Source of the DNA: Ignavibacteria bacterium
GTDB taxonomy: Bacteria > Bacteroidota > Ignavibacteria > Kapaibacteriales > UBA2268
Assembly (NCBI GenBank): GCA_026416955.1
Contig: JAOAEE010000036.1
Coordinates: forward strand, 24,455-88,454
Reading direction: 5' to 3'
DNA length: 64,000 bases
The stretch's first letter is position 1; each line of letters begins with the position of its first letter. Shown here in pieces: positions 37,010 to 46,600 of this stretch. Below the pieces are notes generated by a model. That model saw nothing but the letters and a program-made list of their open reading frames with translations, was not told the DNA's origin and did not search any database. Both the position numbers and the translations under genes were made by a program.

Positions 37010-38354
37010 GTTCATTAATGATTATCTTGATGGTACGCTTACTCCCGAAGATGATAACAAGTTTCGGGAATTGCTCGAAAATGATATAGAAGCCCAAGAG
37101 GAATTCGATTTGATGTTGTCGCTCAATTCGATACTTAAAAATGATGCCGAAAGTATCCAAGTTCCCAAAAGTTTAGAAGAGAAGGTCGAGCAAAGATTAC
37201 TTGCTACCTATTTGAGTATGGTAGCAACCAAACCAAGTCGAAAAGGAAGAAAAATTGCTTTTGCGCTTGCTTCGTTCTTTTTCCTATTCTTAATTAGTAT
37301 TTATTATATAAATGAGGGAAATTTACCTCACAACAACACATATTTTATTTCGGAAATTGTTAAACAGCAAGATATATTGAACCAACAAATCCCAATTGCG
37401 GAAGAGCAATCAATGCCAAATGATAGTAAAATTAATCCTGCTTATTCCCTTGCCCTTTCTAATCTGTCGAACCAATCAGCTACCAAGACAGAAATTTCAG
37501 CAATTAGTCGATACGAAGGAGTATCGAAAAATGAACTTTTCCAACATAATGTTGTTACGATATCGAAGGGATTGTTTGTAGAAGATGGTTTCAAATACGA
37601 CAGTAAAGTAGAAAAAGATAGAAATTTGGTTTTTCTACCAAAGGAAAAGGGAAATGTTTTGAGTATACATTCTGCTCAACTTTCTTTGGATTATCAAAAT
37701 GTTAACAAATTTGGATATCATCCAAATTATTTTAACGACTTACCAGCAAAAGGAATTTCGTTAACTGCATTCTCTTCTTTACCTTTAAGGGAATATGGAT
37801 ACAATCCTCAAAATTTGAAGTCATATTCAAGTTTTTCTCAAAGTGTTGGTTATCAAATTTCCGACAACTTTCGTTTGGGGTTAGAATTCGGTTATTTTGA
37901 CTTCGATTACACCCAAAACACAACAATCCTTGTTCCAGCAATACAACCCTATGCACCAGAAAGAAAAATTTATGATAAATATATCAAAAAAGAAAAGAAT
38001 GAAACAGTTGTTCTAACAAACGGAGAAGATAATTCCTATCCAAAATATGTAGAAGTAACTGTACCTATCGATAGAAAATATCAACATTATTGGGGTAGCC
38101 TATTTGTCGATTATGAATACCCATTAAATAAATTTCTATCGATAGTAGGTCGTATGAATGTTGGAGCAACAAGCGATGGATTTCTTGGAGGCGTTGTAGT
38201 TTATACAGAATTCCAACCCTTTAATGGCTTAACCTTAAACTTTGGATTAGAGAATAAAACTTATTGGAGCGCATTCCCTTCGGAAACATCTACTTTGAAA
38301 AGCGTGGTTGGTTTGGTTTATGGTTTAAGTTTGAAATTTAATCTTGGGAAATAA
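36996..38354 (+). CDS. Anti-sigma factor: N-terminal anti-sigma domain, one TM, C-terminal beta-barrel-like domain
   Basis: FINDYLDGTLTPEDDNKFRELLE. TM IAFALASFFFLFLISIYYI. The C-terminal ~170 aa has an alternating strand pattern (LGLEFGYFDFDY...GLVYGLSLKFNL). Overlaps the sigma gene by 14 nt. Confidence 0.65.
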   Translation: MGIDKFINDYLDGTLTPEDDNKFRELLENDIEAQEEFDLMLSLNSILKNDAESIQVPKSLEEKVEQRLLATYLSMVATKPSRKGRKIAFALASFFFLFLISIYYINEGNLPHNNTYFISEIVKQQDILNQQIPIAEEQSMPNDSKINPAYSLALSNLSNQSATKTEISAISRYEGVSKNELFQHNVVTISKGLFVEDGFKYDSKVEKDRNLVFLPKEKGNVLSIHSAQLSLDYQNVNKFGYHPNYFNDLPAKGISLTAFSSLPLREYGYNPQNLKSYSSFSQSVGYQISDNFRLGLEFGYFDFDYTQNTTILVPAIQPYAPERKIYDKYIKKEKNETVVLTNGEDNSYPKYVEVTVPIDRKYQHYWGSLFVDYEYPLNKFLSIVGRMNVGATSDGFLGGVVVYTEFQPFNGLTLNFGLENKTYWSAFPSETSTLKSVVGLVYGLSLKFNLGK

Positions 38355-38436
38355 TGTTTAATGTTTGAATTTTGCTAAAAATAAATTAATTTTGCTTGAT
38401 TTATGTGGATATTATTAAACAAAAAGAGGTGTTATT

Positions 38437-40368
38437 ATGAGAAAGTCTTTACACATTCTCATTATTTTATTTTTCTTAGCACAAAATCCTGCAATTTTTG
38501 CTATCGAGCAAATTAATACTACGATTGCCTCGCCCAAAAGTTTCAAAGGGGTGGAGTTAGTTCCGGAAATACCTAATTATTTCTTTAAGTCGCCAGTAGA
38601 TAAGCCACTGTCAACAATAAACTTCCAAATCTTGGACTCCTTAGCAAATGCATATTCATATTTTAGCGAGTCTCAGCAACCGTTTGTATACGTTCCCAAA
38701 ATTAGACAACTTATAACTATCAAAAGGGGATACTGGGATATTGACAAGTATCCAGAATATACTGGCGACGACACGAAGAATAATCTTTTTATTAGATATT
38801 CTACGGATTGGGGCAAAAGTTGGTCGAATCCAATACTTGTCTACAAAGTACCAAGTGGGACACAATATGCAACTTGGCGTGCCCGTTACCCAAGTGTTTA
38901 TGCTTTCGATTACGAGGGAGATATTGCTTATGTTTACACTGCACCTTGTACAGATGGAAGTGGCTGGGTTGGTTTTGTAAATGGGTTATACTATCAAAAT
39001 AATTTCTTTCAATCGTTTTCAAAGTCTTTTACTTGGAAAGATGGAAATAGATATAACTGGGGCGGCACAGATTCTCGTATTGTTGGGGGAATGGACGGAA
39101 GCGACCCCTATGCAATTGCTGTTGGAACAATAATGATTGAAGGAGGCTTACCACTTACACATACGAGCCATTTAGGTTACCGACGTACAACAGATTTCGA
39201 TAAATGGAACGAAGTTATACCTCCTCAATGGGAAGCAAGTAAGTATAAAACTCCTGTTTCACAAAATGATAGTGTAAGGTCCTCTTTGATTGCTGGTTTC
39301 AAATTTGCCGATGATGGTTATATTTATATGGCAGCCTATGCAAATTTTGCAAACCTCACTTTAAATAGATTTTTCTTTGGTGTTTCTAAATCCACTGACC
39401 TTGGAAAAACTTGGAGCGATTTCGAATTCCCACCCGAGAATTTATTCGACTCATATTTACAGGAATATGGTCTAAATACTTCGTTGATTACCTGGGGGCA
39501 ACCACAATTTGTTCCATTGGGAAACGATAACTACACATTTCTTGTAAATATTAATGAAGATACTACCCAAACTTTCCGTCTTTGGGAAAATGCTCTTCAT
39601 CAACTGGTTGAAGTTTATAAACAAAATGGTGTTTGGGGTGTTCGAAAGGTCTCCGATTTGACTGGTTATGTTCTTGCTTATGTTGCACCAACTTCTTCAA
39701 ATCAACTTGGAGACGAAGCACAACTTGTTCGAACAGTTGATGGTTTAGCTCTTGTTGCAAAGTGGACTGATTTCGTTGATGTTGTGGTTAACGATACAGT
39801 TTATCCACGAGCAACGAACGATATTTTCGTTTCTGTGAGACGAATCAATAGCCCCGGGTGGTCGAAAGTCAAAAATATCACTGAAAGCTTTGATTATGAC
39901 AGAATTACTTGGTTGCCCGATATGGTTCCAAGTAATCTAAGAGATATTCCAATTTTGAAACTTGCTTCTATTCCAATAGAAGGTCAAACCGCGGCAGAAG
40001 CTCGACTTCGACAACGAATGCTCGATACTGTTCCACAATACCTTTTGGTTGGTTTCTTCGATGCAGATGATGTTTTGAATGTTGAAGAAGAAATCTATCA
40101 AAATCCAGAGATTACAAACCTTAAAGTTTACCCGAACCCTATGAGCGAAATTGGCTCTATTGAATTTGTTACAAGTTCACCCATACGTTTGACTATAGAT
40201 TTATACGATGTTTTTGGGAAAAAAGTTATGAATATTTTCGATGGGAATACTTTTGCTGGGGTTCAAGGAGTTACGTTCAAGACAAATAACCTTGCATCTG
40301 GCGTTTACAATGTTGTTGTAGAGTATAATGGTATTAAAAAAGTAATGCAGATAAATATACTGAAGTAA
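38437..40368 (+). CDS. Secreted BNR/Asp-box repeat protein (sialidase-like beta-propeller) with a T9SS C-terminal sorting domain
   Basis: Asp-boxes STDWGKSW and STDLGKTW. CTD KVYPNPMSEIGSIEF...GVYNVVVEYNGIKKVMQINILK. GAGGTG SD. Confidence 0.7.
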   Translation: MRKSLHILIILFFLAQNPAIFAIEQINTTIASPKSFKGVELVPEIPNYFFKSPVDKPLSTINFQILDSLANAYSYFSESQQPFVYVPKIRQLITIKRGYWDIDKYPEYTGDDTKNNLFIRYSTDWGKSWSNPILVYKVPSGTQYATWRARYPSVYAFDYEGDIAYVYTAPCTDGSGWVGFVNGLYYQNNFFQSFSKSFTWKDGNRYNWGGTDSRIVGGMDGSDPYAIAVGTIMIEGGLPLTHTSHLGYRRTTDFDKWNEVIPPQWEASKYKTPVSQNDSVRSSLIAGFKFADDGYIYMAAYANFANLTLNRFFFGVSKSTDLGKTWSDFEFPPENLFDSYLQEYGLNTSLITWGQPQFVPLGNDNYTFLVNINEDTTQTFRLWENALHQLVEVYKQNGVWGVRKVSDLTGYVLAYVAPTSSNQLGDEAQLVRTVDGLALVAKWTDFVDVVVNDTVYPRATNDIFVSVRRINSPGWSKVKNITESFDYDRITWLPDMVPSNLRDIPILKLASIPIEGQTAAEARLRQRMLDTVPQYLLVGFFDADDVLNVEEEIYQNPEITNLKVYPNPMSEIGSIEFVTSSPIRLTIDLYDVFGKKVMNIFDGNTFAGVQGVTFKTNNLASGVYNVVVEYNGIKKVMQINILK

Positions 40369-40388
40369 AACAAATAGAAAGGGAAAAT

Positions 40389-43300
40389 ATGAGGAAGACA
40401 TTATCCTACTTATTGTTGCTATGTATTAGTGTTTTGCTTCCTATATCGTTGGAAGCAAGCAATTATGGTACCCTTAAAGGTAAAGTTGTCGACCAAGACG
40501 GGAACCCAGTTGTGGGTGCTTCCGTTCGTATTCTTGGAACTCGTCTTGGTGGTGTTGTCAAAGCCGATGGTAAATTTATCGTTGTAAGTATACCAGCGGG
40601 AACATACAAAGTTCGTATCACTGCCGTTGGATATGCACCTTTTGAAGCAGAAGTTAGAATTTCTGCCGACGATGAGACCGAAATTAATGTTAGACTTAAA
40701 GAAGAAGGCAAGGTGACAGAAGAGGTTGTCGTTGTTGGGGAAAAACTTGTTTCGCACAAGGACATTGGCGTCAAGCGTCAATTTGAAAACCAACAACTTA
40801 CATCTATTGCTCGCGAGGGTTTGCAAGCAATAATAGGATTAAGTGCTGGCGTTTTCAATGCTGGAGGTGGTTGGATAATACGTGGGAGCCGAACCAACGA
40901 AAGCCAGATAAGGATTGATGGTATAGACGTTAGCGACAAGTTCACTGGTGGCTTTGGAATTGTTGGAGCTACTTATTATCCGATGGTAAGTGCATTTGCA
41001 ACCGAAGAAGTACAAGTTTTGACTGGTGGCTTTTCTGCCGAATATGGTAACGTTTTGGGTGGTTTTGTTAATACTACTTTGAAGACTGGTAGAACCGACC
41101 GATACGAAGGATATATTCGTTGGAGAACAGATATTCCTGCCTTGTTTGGTCGCCAACCTCACGATTTGAAACTCATTCGCGAAGGCGACCGATATAAAGC
41201 AATCGATTGGGGAGAAGGCAGAAAATTGCAAGGTACCAAAGAGCATACTTTTGAATTTGGTATTGGTGGACCAATACCTTTATGGGATAAAGCCACTTTC
41301 TTCATTGCTGGGAATTACTTTTACGAAAAATATCGTTCTGCAAGTTACGATATTTACGACCCAGTTCATATCAACAACTTAGGCAAGGTAGACCAAAATA
41401 ATCTTGGGCAGATTCCCAACAATCAATCTTGGAAGAAAAGCGTACAAGCGAAATTGAAGTTCCCAATCACACAAGATATCGATTTAATTCTATTTGGGAA
41501 CTTTGGGATGACTAACCTTGAAACTCTCGATTGGTCTTGGCTCTATGCTATCGAACCCGGTTCAATACCCGGATTGCCTTCTTATGGTGTAGAAGAAAGA
41601 AAAGCCAAGTCCCCTGTTTATAATCAATTTGCAAAGAGTGGGTACGTTCAGATTCAACATAGATTAGGTTCAAATAGTTTTTACGAGATAAAAATTTCGA
41701 ATACATCGAACAATAGCGATGCTTCGCGAAGGAAAACGTTCGACGACCCCAATTTCTTTACTGGATTTGAAGTATGGTACCCACAAGATGATTTTGCAGT
41801 AACAATTGGTAATTTGGAGCCCGGAAAAGATAAAATATTAGACCAATACACACCTGTTACCCAAATTAAGAATTCAAAGGATGGCTTTATCAAAATGGAT
41901 ATGCCTATTGTTAACCCACTTACTGGTTACATCGAAGGAAGTTCCAGTACTCAACACGCACAAAATGCCTATGGTTTGACTGGAATTTTCGATTTACACG
42001 GTAATGAAAGGACATTTGAATTTCGACGAAGCAATTATTGGCAAGTTGATGGAAATTACACACTTGCTGTTGAAGGTGAGTTCAGTCATATGTTCAAAAC
42101 TGGTTTCGAAGTTCAATTCTATCAACTTCGCCGACATATGAATAGTTTGCCTTGGGATGCCAATCCTTTCTTTGATGTTTACACAGACGAGTGGGGTGGT
42201 AATCTTTATGCCGACAATAAAAGTGTTTATGATAAAACAAGTAAACCATATAAACCTATCACAGGTGGATTATATATACAAGACCAAATTACCTACAAGG
42301 GCTTGATTATTACTCCCGGTTTGCGTTTTGATTTCTATATCCCTAATTCAGATTATCGTACCGTGGTAGAATATTTTGTTCCAATTACTTCGGACACAGG
42401 CTTTGCAAAAGCAACTACCAAAACACAAATCAGCCCGAGAATAAATGTAACTTATCCAATTACCGACCGTTCCAATATATCGATTTCCTACGGTGTTCTG
42501 TTCCAAATGCCACCAATGCAATATCTTTACGATGCTTTTGCTGTCGACCAATTGCGCGGCAACTCAATTCTTGGAAACCCCAATATGAAACCACAAAAAT
42601 CGAATATGTATCAAGTAACTTACAACAATCAACTTACTGATGATTTTGCTCTTGATATAGCTGCTTATTACAAGGACAATTATAACCAAGTTGGTTTGGT
42701 TTATGTTGCTGCTGTCCCCACTCCATATTATATGTATACAGTTTCGGAATATGGAAGTGCTCGAGGTATTGAATTTACCTTAAGAAAACGGCCAACTAAC
42801 CATATACAATTAAACCTAAATTACAATTTATCCTATGCTACAACAACTGGTTCATCCCCTGGGTCGAACTATTTGGTAGCAGTTGACCCATTCACTGGGA
42901 AACAGGCCTTCCCATTGGCTGAATTCCCCTTTTCTGCCGACAGAACCCACAGAGTGAATGCAATCATCGACTTTATTTGGGGTTACAAGCAAGGACCTTC
43001 CATTGCGGGTATTTATCCCTTGGAAAATACAGTTATAAATTTGACAGGTTTCTTCCAAACTGGAACTCCATATACAAGATTGGATAGGGCGGGAAATGCA
43101 ATCGGAGAGTTTAATGCCGAAAGGCAACCTTCGATTTGGAATGCTAATATGAGGATTCAAAAAGGATTTTTCTTGCGTGATTGGTTTGGCGACCAAGCTG
43201 GTAATTCTCGGTTGGAGTTCTTTATTGATGTAAACAATATTTTCAATCTTACAAGTGTTGCCGGCGTGTTTGCTCGAACTGGAGACCCAATTGATGACGG

Positions 43301-43571
43301 AGTAAACTTCTATCGTCCAGAAACTGATTTCAGCGCTGTAGTTTATTATCGAGAAGCTGATTATGCCCGTGCTGAATCATTTTCTACCGACCAGTATACA
43401 ATCTACGGAGATAGATTTTATAATATTAATGCCGATTTCGATAGAAATGGTATGGTTACACGAACAGAAAAATTCCAAGCCTTTACAAAGTATTTGGAAG
43501 ATGTTCGTAGGTTCCGGGGGAACTTCCTTGCTCCTCGAACTGTTTACGCTGGTATAATGTTTAGGTTTTAA
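40389..43571 (+). CDS. Large TonB-dependent-receptor-like outer-membrane barrel with a CarboxypepD_reg domain (1060 aa)
   Basis: GTLKGKVVDQDGNPVVGASVRI...AGTYKVRITAVGY. Plug-like IIRGSRTNESQIRIDGIDV. C-terminal GIMFRF. Confidence 0.8.
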   Translation: MRKTLSYLLLLCISVLLPISLEASNYGTLKGKVVDQDGNPVVGASVRILGTRLGGVVKADGKFIVVSIPAGTYKVRITAVGYAPFEAEVRISADDETEINVRLKEEGKVTEEVVVVGEKLVSHKDIGVKRQFENQQLTSIAREGLQAIIGLSAGVFNAGGGWIIRGSRTNESQIRIDGIDVSDKFTGGFGIVGATYYPMVSAFATEEVQVLTGGFSAEYGNVLGGFVNTTLKTGRTDRYEGYIRWRTDIPALFGRQPHDLKLIREGDRYKAIDWGEGRKLQGTKEHTFEFGIGGPIPLWDKATFFIAGNYFYEKYRSASYDIYDPVHINNLGKVDQNNLGQIPNNQSWKKSVQAKLKFPITQDIDLILFGNFGMTNLETLDWSWLYAIEPGSIPGLPSYGVEERKAKSPVYNQFAKSGYVQIQHRLGSNSFYEIKISNTSNNSDASRRKTFDDPNFFTGFEVWYPQDDFAVTIGNLEPGKDKILDQYTPVTQIKNSKDGFIKMDMPIVNPLTGYIEGSSSTQHAQNAYGLTGIFDLHGNERTFEFRRSNYWQVDGNYTLAVEGEFSHMFKTGFEVQFYQLRRHMNSLPWDANPFFDVYTDEWGGNLYADNKSVYDKTSKPYKPITGGLYIQDQITYKGLIITPGLRFDFYIPNSDYRTVVEYFVPITSDTGFAKATTKTQISPRINVTYPITDRSNISISYGVLFQMPPMQYLYDAFAVDQLRGNSILGNPNMKPQKSNMYQVTYNNQLTDDFALDIAAYYKDNYNQVGLVYVAAVPTPYYMYTVSEYGSARGIEFTLRKRPTNHIQLNLNYNLSYATTTGSSPGSNYLVAVDPFTGKQAFPLAEFPFSADRTHRVNAIIDFIWGYKQGPSIAGIYPLENTVINLTGFFQTGTPYTRLDRAGNAIGEFNAERQPSIWNANMRIQKGFFLRDWFGDQAGNSRLEFFIDVNNIFNLTSVAGVFARTGDPIDDGVNFYRPETDFSAVVYYREADYARAESFSTDQYTIYGDRFYNINADFDRNGMVTRTEKFQAFTKYLEDVRRFRGNFLAPRTVYAGIMFRF

Positions 43572-43603
43572 TTCGAAAATGTGTAATAATATTGGGTGAA
43601 TAT

Positions 43604-46600
43604 ATGAAAAGAATGAAACTAGGACTTTTTACATTGGTAGCGCTAATTGCTTGTACTACGTTGGTTTTTTCGCTACCAAAAGATTATGAAAAAAGCAAAA
43701 AAAGCGGCGATGAACCGCAAAGAACCTACACACAACTTTTCGACCTTCAACAAAATAGCGTTAGCAATATTCAATTTTACACCACCAACTATGGAATTTT
43801 TGGTTTAAATGTTGCTCAAAATCGTGGTGGTGGATACTGGCCTCGTGGGTCGAACAATCAGTATATTTTTGGTGGGGGCCTTTGGGTTGGTGCGATCAAA
43901 CCCAGACCCGATGGTAAACCCAAAAAATATGTCGAGGTTACTTACAACCCAAATAATGGTCGTTCTTGGATGGTTCCGGGCCGCATTACTGATGGCGACA
44001 GCAAAGATGTGTCCGACATTAAAAAGTATCGAACTTATTTCTCGACTGATTTCCGTAAAGGTGATGGTACACCTTTAAATGCTGACCACGGACCCAGTTG
44101 GCCCATTTGGGATACAAGCCCAAATGATACTTTGAAATATAATCGTTACTATGGTTATTACGTTGATGATGTAAACCAAAGAAATACTACAGCTTTTCCA
44201 AAAGGTCCTGCCTTTATTTCTGGCGAGGATATATTCTGCACATATAAAGATACTGATGTAAACGAATTCGATGGCGGGGCTGGGCTGCGAAAGAGCCAAG
44301 GATATCCACTTCGCCTTCAGTTCGAGCAAATGATTTATTCTTGGGGCTTTGGCGATTACAAAGATTTTATCTTTATCAAATACGATGTTATTAATTTCAG
44401 CAAGGATACACTTCGAGAAGTTTGGCTTGGTTCGGTGATGGATATCGATATCGCACGAGCACCCAACCTTGTTAACGGTGCACGAAACGATAGAGCCAGA
44501 TTTTACGAAGAAGATACTACTTTGAACCTTGGTGTTCAATGGACAAATACAGACCAAGGCGAAAAAGGCTTTGGATTCGGATATTTAGGGTTCGACTTTT
44601 TGGAGAGCCCCGCCGTTGTTAAATCGGAAAGAAGTGTTGTAACATATGAACTGCAAGGTGCTGATACTTTATTCCGTATTGTTGAATATATGTGCTACGA
44701 TAAAAAATTCTTTAAAATTGAAATTAGAGATTCAGTAGGAAATGTTATTGGTTACAAAGATTCAGTTGCTTGTTTGAAGGAGGAAGTTGTAAAAAGATGG
44801 ACTTCATTGCATAGGAAGACCGACACGGGAATTGTTGTTATCAATAACATTGAATATGATATTACTGGTTTTATTCGAAAGGATAGAAGAGTTTTCGAAA
44901 CAAGTGAACAACTTGGGTTGAAAACATTCCGTAATTGGCATATTGATGATGATAAAAATGATGACGACGAACGATACAATTTTATGTCTTCTGGTATTCG
45001 CGATGGCGACTTTGGACCTGGCGACCGACGGTTGATGATGGCAACTGGTCCGTTCAATATGGCTCCCGGAGATACTGCTCGTTTGGTTGTTGCTTTAATT
45101 TGCGCTCAAACAGCAGTGCGAGAAGATGCTGACGGAAGCACGGAAGACCTTGCAGAAATGATACGCAAAGATAAATTTGCTCAACAAGTTTACGACGACA
45201 ATTTCCGTGCTCCTTCGCCACCGGAGCGAGCCAATTTTGTTACTTGGACACCTTTGCACAATGGCTTTATTCTCAAATGGGATAGTACCGCCGAAATTTC
45301 GAAGGACTTTTACGAAAAAGGTATGGATTTCCTTGGATATAAACTTTATCGTGCCAGAAGAACCGACCTCGACACTTTCGATATCGACAATATCTCTCCA
45401 AGTTTGCAATATCCTTCTGGAAAAGGACCATTTGGATGGAAACAAATTGCTCAATGGGAACTTCCAACCCCATTCTACAAGTCTGTTTATAGAGCGGGTG
45501 GGAGCAATCTTACAACAATGCCTTTTATTGATTCATTGAGAATTGTTGGTCCATACCTTGAAAATCGAGGGGGACAAATAGTTATCGATTCGTTTGCTAT
45601 ACGAGTTTTGCGTGTGGGTCGGGGTATTAAACTTAATCCAACCAATCGATGGGTAATTCAAAATATTACCCAATCCAGTGGTAACATTTTCCCAGTGATT
45701 TGCGGAGTTGATACTGCTTATTTCTCCAAGCCTTGGGGTCCGTTCTGGCAATCAAAAATTAATATGGCTGCAAGAGAACTTCCAATTTATTACGACCCGT
45801 TCAACGCAATTAATCCAAGAAGACATTATCTACTTGATAGTGTGATGCTTGGAGTAGTTAAGTTGAACCGCTTGTTCCTTACCTATAACCCACTACTTTG
45901 GAGAAAGGAAACAATCAATGTTAATCCAAGCGATACTGCGACCTTGCCAGAAAGAACCGGACCAAATCTTGATACGATATACTTGAAGAAAACTTACCGT
46001 CGTGCAGTAGTAAATGGAACAAGTGTTCTTTTGATAGACCGAATGGTGCCAATGAATATCCAAATGGTTTTGCGCGATTCTTTGCATATACAACAAGCAT
46101 TGGACTCAATTTATAAATATATTCAACAAGGATTGGCAAAGGTCGAATTTCCAAACTTTGAACAATCGGACGAGGCGCTAAATAAAGTTGTCGTTCCATA
46201 TATGGACAGTATTACCAACCACAGGACATTTATCGACTTAGGGGACGACAATAAAGATATGATTGTAAGTTACAACGATAACCCCACTAAGACAGAAAAG
46301 ATAATTAACAATGTAGATTATTACTATAGACTACTTTCCTACGACGAAGGAGATTATATACAACAAACACCACAAAAATTGAATGATGCTTCTCCCGGAT
46401 TACCAAATATGCTTAATGTCTTTGCTCGTTCTGCCCCTGTTGGAAAACCAATTGAATTCAAAGTAACCTATGTAGATACTGCAAGAATTGGTGGTTTGTA
46501 TAACTTCAAACTATTTGCTGTTGACTACGACCGAGCTGTCCAACTTTTTGCTGGACACGAGCTTGAGTTGGAATTCAATCCATATTGGGAACTTGAACAA

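Noticed and set aside
40419-41246. Three 103-135-aa minus-strand ORFs antisense to the 1060-aa TonB-type barrel gene
   Set aside because: Shadow ORFs of a clearly coding region. They overlap one another in different frames.
44075-44557. 160-aa minus-strand ORF inside the 1551-aa gene, plus several 60-120-aa ORFs on both strands between 43.8 and 47.2 kb
   Set aside because: They are embedded in a long uninterrupted ORF with a signal peptide and a CTD. They have no SD or start context and no recognisable motifs.
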